DNA from: a bacterium
Lineage (GTDB): Bacteria > Patescibacteriota > Minisyncoccia > UBA6257 > GWB1-50-10
Length of the DNA: 64,000 nt
Reading direction: 5' to 3'
Assembly: GCA_021801565.1 (NCBI GenBank)
Contig: JAJYXV010000015.1
Span: 155,198 to 219,197 of the forward strand
In this document: one piece after another, positions 29,040 to 38,405 of the stretch
Position numbering within the stretch: position 1 is the first letter of the stretch
Layout: each line of letters starts with the position of its first letter
Notes under the pieces: model-generated
The model's input: the letters and a program-made list of their open reading frames with translations, nothing else
The model's database searches: none
Told to the model about the DNA's origin: nothing
Translations under genes and position numbers: made by a program

Positions 29040-30944
29040 ATGGATTTAGAGTTAGATAAAGAAGTCGTCTATTTCGCAAAAACCGACTTTCGGAATTCGA
29101 AACGTCTTTTTGGTATAAAACGAAGCGATCGCAGACAACATATGTATGTTGTCGGAAAGACGGGTACTGGTAAAACTACATTATTGCACAATATGATGGT
29201 GCAGGATATTTCGAATGGAGAGGGTGTTTGTGTCATTGACCCTCACGGAGAATTTGTTGAGACACTTCTTCATAAGGTGCCAGAAAAGCGTGCGAAAGAT
29301 GTGGTCTATTTCAACCCAGCGGACCCAGATTCTTTTATTGGATTTAATGTACTTGAATTACCAGACCCACGATACAAACACCTTGTAGCATCGGGGCTTA
29401 TGGGAATTTTCACAAAAATTTGGTCAAACGTATGGTCCGCAAGAATGGAATATATTTTGAACAACGCAATTCTCGCACTTCTTGATACCCCGGGAACAAC
29501 TCTTTTAGGAGTGACACGTCTTTTAGTTGATAAAGAATATCGCCAGAAAGTTATTTCGAACGTAAAAGACCCTGTGGTAAAAGCATTTTGGATACATGAG
29601 TATGAAGAATGGCGCGATCAATTTAGAAATGAAGCAATTGCTCCTATCCAAAATAAGGTGGGTCAATTTCTTTCAACCGCGCTTGTGCGCAACATTGTTG
29701 GGCAATCGAAAAGTACCATTGATATTTTCGACTTAATGAATAGCGGGAAGATTTTTCTCGTGAATCTTTCAAAGGGAAGGATTGGGGAGGATAATTCCGC
29801 GTTACTTGGGGGAATGCTTATTACAAAAATGCAGTTGGCGGCAATGGAACGTGTGCGTATTCCCGAGGATGAACGCGTTGATTTTTTTCTTTATGTCGAC
29901 GAGTTTCAAAATTTTGCAACTGATTCATTTGCAAATATTCTCTCAGAAGCACGCAAGTATCGTTTAAATCTTATCCTTGCACATCAGTATATTGGACAGC
30001 TCGTCACTGATGTTTCTACGAAGGTGCGTGATGCAGTGTTTGGAAACGTAGGAACAATGGTGATGTTTCGCGTCGGCGCCGGAGATGCTGAATTTTTGGA
30101 AAAAGAATTTACTCCTGAGTTTGAAATTCAAGACATGGTAAATCTTCCCAATCGCTGTATTTATTTAAAACTTATGGTAGATGGAGTGACAAGTAGACCG
30201 TTTTCTGCTGGGACACTTCCTCCACTTCAAGGTCCTGAAGATTCTGCAGATGCCGAAGAGATCATTGAATCATCAAGGAAAAAATATGCCCGCCCACGTG
30301 CTATTGTGGAGCAAGAAATAAATAAGTGGAGTGGTATGTCGGAACAAACAACAGAAGCTCGCGCAGTACTTTGTTCACTTTGCGGAAAAGAAACAACAGT
30401 ACCATTTGAACCGGAAGAGGGAAGGCCGGTATATTGTCAGGATTGTTTGAAAAAAATTAAATCAGGCGAAGCGCGTCCGGTATCACTTCCTCAGATCAAT
30501 CCACAGAGAAGTTTGCAACAAAAAAGCAGGAAAGCGCTTGCGGCACTCGGTATTGAGTTTGATGATAAGGGAGGAGAAGAAATATTTGGAGCTGATGAAA
30601 AAGGCGGAAAAGAACAAAAAGGATCATTTACTGCGCGCGAACAAAAGTTATTCAGACCGCCGGCAAATACATACGGACAACAACCCGCTGATCCATCGAT
30701 AAAACGCCCTCCGCGCCAGCAAACTTCGCCACAATCAAAACCTTTTCAATCATCTCAGCCGTCTCGAGTTGAAAAACAACCAGAAGAAGAAAAAGAAGAA
30801 CCGACAATAAGATTAAGTGATGTGATTGCGCGGGGAAATATAAAACCAAAAGAAACAATCCAACCGAAGGAGGGGGATAATGTTTCCGGACTTAAAAATG
30901 CACTCGAGGAAGCCCTTAAAAATTTAAATAAGGAAGAAAAATAA
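29040..30944 (+). CDS. TraD/VirD4-like ATPase with CxxC-x17-CxxC domain and low-complexity tail
   Basis: GKTGTGKT, DPHGE, YVDEFQNF, SEARKYRL; CSLCG...VPFEP...RPVYCQDC. Confidence 0.9.
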   Translation: MDLELDKEVVYFAKTDFRNSKRLFGIKRSDRRQHMYVVGKTGTGKTTLLHNMMVQDISNGEGVCVIDPHGEFVETLLHKVPEKRAKDVVYFNPADPDSFIGFNVLELPDPRYKHLVASGLMGIFTKIWSNVWSARMEYILNNAILALLDTPGTTLLGVTRLLVDKEYRQKVISNVKDPVVKAFWIHEYEEWRDQFRNEAIAPIQNKVGQFLSTALVRNIVGQSKSTIDIFDLMNSGKIFLVNLSKGRIGEDNSALLGGMLITKMQLAAMERVRIPEDERVDFFLYVDEFQNFATDSFANILSEARKYRLNLILAHQYIGQLVTDVSTKVRDAVFGNVGTMVMFRVGAGDAEFLEKEFTPEFEIQDMVNLPNRCIYLKLMVDGVTSRPFSAGTLPPLQGPEDSADAEEIIESSRKKYARPRAIVEQEINKWSGMSEQTTEARAVLCSLCGKETTVPFEPEEGRPVYCQDCLKKIKSGEARPVSLPQINPQRSLQQKSRKALAALGIEFDDKGGEEIFGADEKGGKEQKGSFTAREQKLFRPPANTYGQQPADPSIKRPPRQQTSPQSKPFQSSQPSRVEKQPEEEKEEPTIRLSDVIARGNIKPKETIQPKEGDNVSGLKNALEEALKNLNKEEK

Positions 30945-30979
30945 TTAAAAAATTCCCCGATATATGTCGAGGAATTTTT

Positions 30980-31561
30980 TTATGCTTTCTCAACCCGCTC
31001 AACATAATCTCCTGTCTGTGTGTTAATGCGGATAATATCTCCCTCGTTTACAAAGAGAGGAACATTCACTTTTGCTCCGGTTTCAATGGTGGCAAGTTTT
31101 GTGCCCCCCTGAGCGGTGTTCCCTTTAATTGCCGGAGGAGCTTCGGTTACCTTAAATTCCATTTTCACTGGGAGTTCAACATCAATCACTTTTTCACCGA
31201 ATTTAAATGCTTTGATTTCTGTATTAGGTTTCAGATATTGACCGCCGTTTCCTAATGCATCGTCAGAAAGTGTGAAACGATTTTTTGGATTACCGACCTC
31301 ATGAAACCAATATTCACCCTTGTTATGATAAATAAAATTTGCTTGTATTGTTTCAATTTCTACCTCATAGAAATCTTCATTTTGATGTGCGGTGTAATCC
31401 TGGCTCTTCCCCGTGATAAGGTTTTTTATCTTTAATTGCACCACAGGTTTTCTCTGTTGCATGCGAATAAACGCATATTCCATTACTTTGTATGGATTTG
31501 GGTCGTCGTTTTTGGTAAACACCGTACCGACTTTGAGTTCAATATATTCAAGTTTTGACAT
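30980..31561 (-). CDS. efp: Elongation factor P
   Basis: P..KGNTA...K.A..ETG..V.VPLF...GD.I.I.T..G.Y.ER. Confidence 0.93.
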   Translation of the reverse strand: MSKLEYIELKVGTVFTKNDDPNPYKVMEYAFIRMQQRKPVVQLKIKNLITGKSQDYTAHQNEDFYEVEIETIQANFIYHNKGEYWFHEVGNPKNRFTLSDDALGNGGQYLKPNTEIKAFKFGEKVIDVELPVKMEFKVTEAPPAIKGNTAQGGTKLATIETGAKVNVPLFVNEGDIIRINTQTGDYVERVEKA

Positions 31562-31573
31562 GGAAGTAGCAGA

Positions 31574-31608
31574 TAACTAGTAACTCGTAATAAGTAACTA
31601 GTAATCAA
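31574..31608. repeat. Heptamer tandem repeat upstream of efp
   Basis: taactag taactcg taataag taactag taatcaa. Confidence 0.75.
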
Positions 31609-31696
31609 TTTTTACTGTTGTATTTTATTTGATTTTTTTGAAAAACGCAAGAAATAAAAGAAAAGGCGCCGATTTGATCGGCGCGCAGTATTAATT

Positions 31697-32026
31697 TTAT
31701 TGTGATAGCATTCCTCCGCAAAAGATGAATTTAAAAATTGCGGATAAAACAATTTTCAGACCTTTTGACACAAGTATTACCACCCATATTATAAGGAAGG
31801 CACTTAGTAATGCCGGCCAAAAAATTAATACGGGTATATAAAGAAACCCGTCAACGTTATTTTCCCCCTCTTTTTTTGGACTGAAGTCAAAAAACATGTT
31901 TGTTTTTGGATATTTTTTGCAATCCGCGTTCATTGCCGAAAACATTGCTGTTCCAGCGTTGAAATAGATTGTTAAAAAAACAATCCCTAATAAAACAAAC
32001 ATGTACCATGGTACGTATAGAAACAT
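31697..32026 (-). CDS. Orphan membrane protein
   Basis: Two TMs, IFWP motif shared with 15180 ORF; AAGGAG upstream. Confidence 0.6.
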   Translation of the reverse strand: MFLYVPWYMFVLLGIVFLTIYFNAGTAMFSAMNADCKKYPKTNMFFDFSPKKEGENNVDGFLYIPVLIFWPALLSAFLIIWVVILVSKGLKIVLSAIFKFIFCGGMLSQ

Positions 32027-32094
32027 GATGACATCTCCTTTGATTATTGATAATTATCTAGTTACTGCTATAATTGTAGCATATTAACATATAG

Positions 32095-33288
32095 ATGTCA
32101 AGTAGTTCAAAAAAGCGGGTATTTGTAGGAATGAGCGGGGGAGTTGATAGCTCCGTCGCGGCGTTTTTATTGAAAAAAGAGGGATATGATATGACCGGAG
32201 TATATATTAATGGGTTCAATGTAGATGGATGTTCTGAGCGCGATGCAGAGGACGCGCGTCGTGTTGCTGATCACCTTGGAATCCCATTTTATGTGATTGA
32301 TGCTCGCGAAGACTATTTTGCATATGTGGTGCAATACATGATTGAAGGATACAAAAAAGGACTGACGCCGAATCCCGATGTGATGTGCAATAAGGAAATA
32401 AAATTTGGGATTTTTTTGGATAAAGCATTAAAACTTGGAGCGGATTACATCGCGACAGGACACTATGTAAGATTAGTAACCAGTAATCAGCAATCAGTAA
32501 ATAGTAAAAATTACGAGTTACCGATTACGAGTTACCGATTACTTTCTGCTAAAGACTTAAACAAGGATCAGTCCTATTTTCTCTGGACACTCACCCAAGA
32601 ACAGTTAAAACATTGTTTGTTTCCGGTTGGGGAATATACGAAGCCAGAGATTAGGGAAATTGCGAAAAAAGCAAAGTTGCCAACCGCAGAGAAAAAAGAT
32701 TCACAGGGAATTTGTTTTTTAGGGAAAGTAAAATTACCGGAATTTTTAAAAGAGTATATAAAATCAAAAAGAGGAGATGTGTTGGATACTGAGGGGAATA
32801 AAATCGGGGAACACGAAGGAGTACAATTTTATACCATCGGGCAGAGACACATTAACATACAACCTACAACAAAAAACAAAAAACAAAAAACAAATCAGAA
32901 GCCATATTATGTGGTAGAGAAAAATATAAAAACAAACGCACTCATCGTTGCGGAGGGGGATGATCATCCAACACTCTTCAAAAAAGAAATTAAATTAACT
33001 GATGTTCATTTTATCGACCCATCACTCGAAATTAGAAATTCGAAATTAGAAATTCCCGTGCTCGCACGGGTCAGGTATCGTCAGCCGCTTGTGAAAGCAA
33101 TGTTAGTAATTAGTAACAAGGAATCAGTAACTAGTAAAGATAGAAAATTACAAGTTACAAGTTACCATTTACTCTTTTCTGAACCCGTCAAATTTATTGC
33201 ACCTGGGCAATCCGCAGTTTTCTATTCGATTAGTGGAGATAAAGACGGAAACCATGAAATGCTAGGCGGAGGAGTGATTTTAAATTAG
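32095..33288 (+). CDS. mnmA: tRNA 2-thiouridylase MnmA with four in-frame heptamer-repeat insertions
   Basis: SGGVDS, PNPDVMCN, ATGHY, KDQSYF, DSQGICF, TIGQR, PGQSAVFY. Confidence 0.97.
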   Translation: MSSSSKKRVFVGMSGGVDSSVAAFLLKKEGYDMTGVYINGFNVDGCSERDAEDARRVADHLGIPFYVIDAREDYFAYVVQYMIEGYKKGLTPNPDVMCNKEIKFGIFLDKALKLGADYIATGHYVRLVTSNQQSVNSKNYELPITSYRLLSAKDLNKDQSYFLWTLTQEQLKHCLFPVGEYTKPEIREIAKKAKLPTAEKKDSQGICFLGKVKLPEFLKEYIKSKRGDVLDTEGNKIGEHEGVQFYTIGQRHINIQPTTKNKKQKTNQKPYYVVEKNIKTNALIVAEGDDHPTLFKKEIKLTDVHFIDPSLEIRNSKLEIPVLARVRYRQPLVKAMLVISNKESVTSKDRKLQVTSYHLLFSEPVKFIAPGQSAVFYSISGDKDGNHEMLGGGVILN

Positions 33289-33314
33289 TATTAAGTATAT
33301 AGTATCGGGTATTT

Positions 33315-33403
33315 AGTATGGCTGAATCAGAGACAAAAATTTGCCAAAACTGTAAGCAAGACTTCGTTATTGAGCCCGAGGATTTTGATTTCTACAAAAA
33401 AAT
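33315..33403 (+). repeat. 89-bp direct repeat, copy 1 (5' end of paralogue 3)
   Basis: 88/89 identical to 35120-35208. Confidence 0.9.
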
Positions 33404-35102
33404 GGAGGTGCCACCTCCAACCTGGTGTCCGGAGTGTCGGCTTTGGCGAAAAGCACTATGGCGAAATGAGAGATTTTTGTATCGTGCAAAAGATGCGCAT
33501 GATGGCAAGGAGATATTTTCAATGTATTCCCCGATGTTACCCGTTACTGTTTTTGAGAAAGAATTTTGGAATTCCGATGACTGGGATCAGCTTGAGACAG
33601 GAAGGAACTATGACTTTTCAAAACCATTTTTTTTACAACTCAAGACACTTCTTGATGTTGCACCTATTTTCAGTCGTTCAATTGTGAGTCTTGTGAGAAG
33701 CGACTATTCAAATAATGCGACCGCACTCAAAGATTGTTATCTGGTATTTGGAAGCTCTTATACAGAAAATAGTTTTTATTCGGAAAATTGTGGGCACACC
33801 AAAGAAGCAATAGATAGTTCTTTTGTGCATGGAAGCGAGATTTCATATGAAAGTTTTTTTAATATACGTTGTTATAGAGCATTTTTTTCTTCATATTGTG
33901 AAGAAAGTTCTGATATCTGGTTTTGTAGAGATTGTATTGGCGTGTCCAGCTGTTTTGGCTGTATTGGACTAAAGAATAAATCATATTGTATTTTTAACGA
34001 ACAATACTCAAAGGAGGAATATGAAAAACAAATTCACGGAATGCATTTGTCGAGTTATCACTCTCTTTCTAGATTAAAAGAAGAAGTACATTCGCGGTGG
34101 CTTGCATTTCCATCGCGTTTTGTTCGTGGAAGGAAAAATGAACATTCTACTGGGGAGTACATTTCAAATTCAAAAAATGTTCGTAAAAGTTATTATATGG
34201 TGGGGGGAGAAGATATGAAATATTGTCAATTTGTTATTATTCCGCCGGCAAAAGATGCATATGATCAATTCCGTTTCGGAGACAATACCAGCATGGTGTA
34301 TGATTGTCTGAGTGTTGGCGGACATTCTACAAATATAAAATTTTGCTCAAATAGCTATACAAATTGTAGTAATCTTCAGTATTGTTATGGAGTTATATCT
34401 TCAAGTGACTGTTTTGGATGTGTCGGGCTCCACCACAAGAAATTCTGTATCTTAAATAAGCAGTATTCTGAAGAAGAATATAAGGTCATTATTCCAAAAA
34501 TTATTCGCCACATGAATGAGGTTCCATACATAGATAAAAAGGGGAGAGTATACAAATATGGAGAATTCTTTCCACCTGAGTTTTCCCAAACTCCGTATAA
34601 TCACTCAGTTGCGCAGGAATATTTTCCTATGAATAAAGAAACGGTTTTGAGTGGTGGAAATATCTGGATGGACGCAGAAAAAAGAGAATATAAGGCAACG
34701 CTAGGGGTGGGCGATCTTCCGGATGCAATTGAAGAAGTCTCAGATTCTATAGTGAAAGAAATTATAGCATGTCCTCATGCCCAGAATTGTAATGAAGAAT
34801 GTACTGCAGCTTTTAGAATCTTGCCAGAAGAATTGGCATTTTACCGGAAAGTTGGCATTCCACTTCCAAGACTTTGTTCGAATTGTCGCTATGCAGAAAG
34901 AATAAAACAACGAAGTTCTTTAAAACTTTGGCGTCGCACATGCCAATGTGCTGGTACTAAATCTGAAAATGGAATTTATACTAACATTGCGGTTCATCAA
35001 CATGGGAATACTCCCTGTCCCAACACGTTTGAGACATCATATTCCCCAGAGAGAAAAGAGATTGTTTACTGTGAACAGTGTTATCAGGCGGAGGTGGTAT
35101 AA
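33318..35102 (+). CDS. Cys-rich zinc-ribbon / solenoid-repeat protein, paralogue 3
   Basis: Same motif series; C-terminal VYCEQCY. Confidence 0.85.
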   Translation: MAESETKICQNCKQDFVIEPEDFDFYKKMEVPPPTWCPECRLWRKALWRNERFLYRAKDAHDGKEIFSMYSPMLPVTVFEKEFWNSDDWDQLETGRNYDFSKPFFLQLKTLLDVAPIFSRSIVSLVRSDYSNNATALKDCYLVFGSSYTENSFYSENCGHTKEAIDSSFVHGSEISYESFFNIRCYRAFFSSYCEESSDIWFCRDCIGVSSCFGCIGLKNKSYCIFNEQYSKEEYEKQIHGMHLSSYHSLSRLKEEVHSRWLAFPSRFVRGRKNEHSTGEYISNSKNVRKSYYMVGGEDMKYCQFVIIPPAKDAYDQFRFGDNTSMVYDCLSVGGHSTNIKFCSNSYTNCSNLQYCYGVISSSDCFGCVGLHHKKFCILNKQYSEEEYKVIIPKIIRHMNEVPYIDKKGRVYKYGEFFPPEFSQTPYNHSVAQEYFPMNKETVLSGGNIWMDAEKREYKATLGVGDLPDAIEEVSDSIVKEIIACPHAQNCNEECTAAFRILPEELAFYRKVGIPLPRLCSNCRYAERIKQRSSLKLWRRTCQCAGTKSENGIYTNIAVHQHGNTPCPNTFETSYSPERKEIVYCEQCYQAEVV

Positions 35103-35119
35103 AAAAGTATATAGTAGTA

Positions 35120-35208
35120 AGTATGGCTGAATCAGAGACAAAAATTTGCCAAAACTGTAAGCAAGACTTCATTATTGAGCCCGAGGATTTTGATTTCTAC
35201 AAAAAAAT
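35120..35208 (+). repeat. 89-bp direct repeat, copy 2 (5' end of paralogue 4)
   Basis: 88/89 identical to 33315-33403. Confidence 0.9.
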
Positions 35209-36829
35209 AGAAGTCCCACCCCCGACATTCTGTCCGACGTGCCGACTTCAGAGAAGACTGGCGTTTTTTAACATTTTCAATCTATATAAACGTCCATGTG
35301 ATTTTTGTAAAAAGGAGTTTATTTCCGTTTATCACAAGGATTCTCCGTATGTGGTGTATTGCCCAAAGTGTTGGTGGTCCGACAACTGGAACGTTTTTGA
35401 TTATGGAAGAGAGTATGACTTTTCCCGTCCGTTTTTTGAGCAATTTAAAGAGTTGTGGCAAACGACGCCGGTATTGGGGATTTCTATTGATATTCCGACA
35501 ATGGAAACGTCACCATACACCAGTCATTCAGGTCACCTGAAAAACTGCTATCTTCTTTTTCATGCGGACTATATTGAAGATTCTGCATATGGGTTTTATC
35601 TCGTTCACAACCAATCCACTTTTGATTGTTCGGTAACCATGATGTGTGAGTCATGTTATGATTGCCAAAATTCTTTCAAAAACAATACTGTTGTGGGGGC
35701 ACGTGGAAATGTGACAAATTCATTGAATTCTTATTTTCTTCGTGATTGTGATAACTGCCAAAATTGTTTTGCCTCGGCAAATCTACGAAATAAACAATAT
35801 TATATTTTCAACACGCCATACACCAAAGAGGATTATTTTAAAGAAATTGAAAAATGGGATTTGGGTTCGTATAGGACGTATCAAGAAGTTTTTCGAATGG
35901 CTCGGGAGCATTGGAAAAAATTTTCCCCACGCCCAAAGTATGATGATTTTTCCACCGATTATACGGGGAGTTATGTTTTTCAGTCAAAAAATTGTAAAGA
36001 ATGCTATGACGTATCAAATGTACAAGATTCAAAATTTATGCTTATGGTGGCGGATAGGCCTACAAAAGATTGTTATGATGTTTCGAGTTGGGGTAATAAT
36101 ATGTCTCGCTGTTATGAATGTTGTAATGTAGGAGAAGATGCTTCTGATGTAAAGTTTGCTCATGAGTCAGGACTTGGGTTAATTGATGCTGAGTATTGCA
36201 AACTCTCGACTGGAGCACACCACTTTGGTTGCGTGTCTGTAAAAAAGGGAGACTATGTAATTTTGAATAAACGATATTCAAAAGAAGAATATGAGTCATT
36301 ACGCAGAAAAATCATTGAACATATGAATACAATGCCGTATGAGGACACAAAGGGAAGAATATATAAATATGGAGAATTTTTTCCAACCGATTTATCTCCA
36401 TTTGCATATAATGAGACAATTGCAGATGATTTTTTTTCTCTCTCTAATAGTGAGATAGAACGCAATGGATATCGGTTTTTTGAGAAAAAAGAAAATACCT
36501 ACACAATCACAAAGCACGCATCGGAACTTTCCGATAATATTAATGATGTGACAGACGCAATTTTAAAAGAGACGATTGAGTGTGAGAGTTGTGGAAAGGG
36601 ATTCAGAATAATATCGATGGAACTTTCATTTCTCAAAAAAATGAGATTGCCACTTCCTCGAATGTGCCCATTTTGTAGAATAAATATAAAACTTAAACAA
36701 TGGGTAAAAAATCTCCGTGTTATTCCAAGAACGTGCGATAAATGCGGTGATGAATTTACCACGAATTATGCAAAAGAAGAAGCGCCGTTTATTTTATGCA
36801 AAGAGTGTTATAAAGCAGAAATACTCTAA
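35123..36829 (+). CDS. Cys-rich zinc-ribbon / solenoid-repeat protein, paralogue 4
   Basis: Starts MAESETKICQNC like paralogue 3; same motif series. Confidence 0.85.
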   Translation: MAESETKICQNCKQDFIIEPEDFDFYKKIEVPPPTFCPTCRLQRRLAFFNIFNLYKRPCDFCKKEFISVYHKDSPYVVYCPKCWWSDNWNVFDYGREYDFSRPFFEQFKELWQTTPVLGISIDIPTMETSPYTSHSGHLKNCYLLFHADYIEDSAYGFYLVHNQSTFDCSVTMMCESCYDCQNSFKNNTVVGARGNVTNSLNSYFLRDCDNCQNCFASANLRNKQYYIFNTPYTKEDYFKEIEKWDLGSYRTYQEVFRMAREHWKKFSPRPKYDDFSTDYTGSYVFQSKNCKECYDVSNVQDSKFMLMVADRPTKDCYDVSSWGNNMSRCYECCNVGEDASDVKFAHESGLGLIDAEYCKLSTGAHHFGCVSVKKGDYVILNKRYSKEEYESLRRKIIEHMNTMPYEDTKGRIYKYGEFFPTDLSPFAYNETIADDFFSLSNSEIERNGYRFFEKKENTYTITKHASELSDNINDVTDAILKETIECESCGKGFRIISMELSFLKKMRLPLPRMCPFCRINIKLKQWVKNLRVIPRTCDKCGDEFTTNYAKEEAPFILCKECYKAEIL

Positions 36830-36923
36830 GTAAAAAGTTTGTAAGGTATGAATTTTTACATTGAATATTTTTAATTAGAGGTTCTTTGGAAATTAATATT
36901 TGGTAATTAGAAATTTATTTATT

Positions 36924-38396
36924 ATGCCTCTCCCAGAGAAATTTTTCTTTGGATCATGTTTTTTCCTCTTTGGTGTTTTGTGTGCGAGTATTTCATTCGG
37001 AATATTTACTATTATTATTACAAGTGTTACGGCACTTTTTTCTTTATTCTTATTTTTTGGTATAAAAAAGAAAATATATCTATCATTTTTCTTTCTTCTT
37101 TTTCTTATTCCAGTTGGTTCAGTTTATTACACGTTGCGAGATCAGTTAATGGTACGTATTTCTCCAAACTCAATCATTAACGCTGACGTGATGATAACGC
37201 AAGATGTTCGCGTTCTTGAGAATTCACAGGAAGCAGTGGTAGATATACTCAATAAAGAAAAATGGAAAAGTGGACGTGTACTTTTGCGTCTCAGAAAATT
37301 TCCGGAAGTGCACTATGGTGATCTTTTGCATATTAAAGGAAGAGTTGAGTATCCAAGCGAAAAAGGATATGCCGGGTATCTCGAAAAAGAGGGAATTTCT
37401 GGAATTATTGCATTTCCTGATTTTATTTTTCTTGGAGAAAATAGAGGATCGCAAGTGTTAAAAGTTCTCTTTGGTATAAAAAATTTTGCAATTCATTCAT
37501 TTGAAAAGGTGTTACCGCCGAAAGAAAGCGCATTTCTTTCTGGGGTGATAGTGGGAGATACCAGCGGATTTTCAAAGGAGTTTAAAACAGCAATGTCCAA
37601 AAGCGGAACGTCTCATCTTGTTGCGCTTTCTGGATATAATATTTCTATCCTTGTTTCGGCAATTATGACGATGTGTGGGCGATTTTTTTCCCGCCGCGTT
37701 GCACGATGGATTGCTGGGGTGTGTATATTGGGTTTCGTAATCATGACTGGTGGGCAAGCATCAGTGGTTCGTGCGGCAATTATGGGATGTGTGCTTCTTT
37801 TTGTTGGCACATGGAGAGCAAAAAATCCGCGTAATCTTCTTGTGTGTACAGCGCTTGGTATGGTGCTCTGGAGTCCAAAAATACTTACCTTTGATGTCGG
37901 GTTTCAACTTTCTTTTTTTGCACTTTTGGGAATTGTCTACCTTCGCCCCGCACTTCAGGAGTTATTTCATTTTTCGAATAATTCAGGAATATTTTTATGG
38001 AGAGAAAATTTTCTTTCGACTACAGCAGCGCAGTTGGCAGTGCTTCCAATTCTCATTTTGTCATTTGGGGGAGTTTCCGGGACTGCACTTATTGCGAATA
38101 TATGTATTCTGGGAATTATTCCAGTCACCATGGGTCTTGGTTTTTCGATTATATTTTCAAGTATTTTCTCTTTTTATATTTCTCTCGTTTTTGGGTGGAT
38201 CACATGGATATTTTTAAAACTTGAAATTGAAATCATCGAATTTTTTGCACGTATTACACAGCCAATCGATATGTCAGTAAACACATATATGATTATTCTG
38301 TATTATTTTTTTCTTATATATCTTGTGTGGTATATGAATAAGAGGACGATGACAACAATCAAGACTGATAACAATAATTTCAAAAGAATGGGATAA
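36924..38396 (+). CDS. comEC: ComEC/Rec2 membrane (competence) domain protein
   Basis: GTSHLVALSGYN, SVVRAAIMG, DVGFQLSF. Confidence 0.92.
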   Translation: MPLPEKFFFGSCFFLFGVLCASISFGIFTIIITSVTALFSLFLFFGIKKKIYLSFFFLLFLIPVGSVYYTLRDQLMVRISPNSIINADVMITQDVRVLENSQEAVVDILNKEKWKSGRVLLRLRKFPEVHYGDLLHIKGRVEYPSEKGYAGYLEKEGISGIIAFPDFIFLGENRGSQVLKVLFGIKNFAIHSFEKVLPPKESAFLSGVIVGDTSGFSKEFKTAMSKSGTSHLVALSGYNISILVSAIMTMCGRFFSRRVARWIAGVCILGFVIMTGGQASVVRAAIMGCVLLFVGTWRAKNPRNLLVCTALGMVLWSPKILTFDVGFQLSFFALLGIVYLRPALQELFHFSNNSGIFLWRENFLSTTAAQLAVLPILILSFGGVSGTALIANICILGIIPVTMGLGFSIIFSSIFSFYISLVFGWITWIFLKLEIEIIEFFARITQPIDMSVNTYMIILYYFFLIYLVWYMNKRTMTTIKTDNNNFKRMG

Positions 38397-38405
38397 AATA
38401 GAATT

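Noticed and set aside
21173-30944. Integrated conjugative element
   Set aside because: No relaxase, integrase, VirB set or att repeats; embedded among housekeeping genes
33315-35208. 89-bp repeat as a DGR template/variable repeat pair
   Set aside because: Only one mismatch inside the repeat, both copies are at gene 5' ends, and there is no reverse transcriptase in the window
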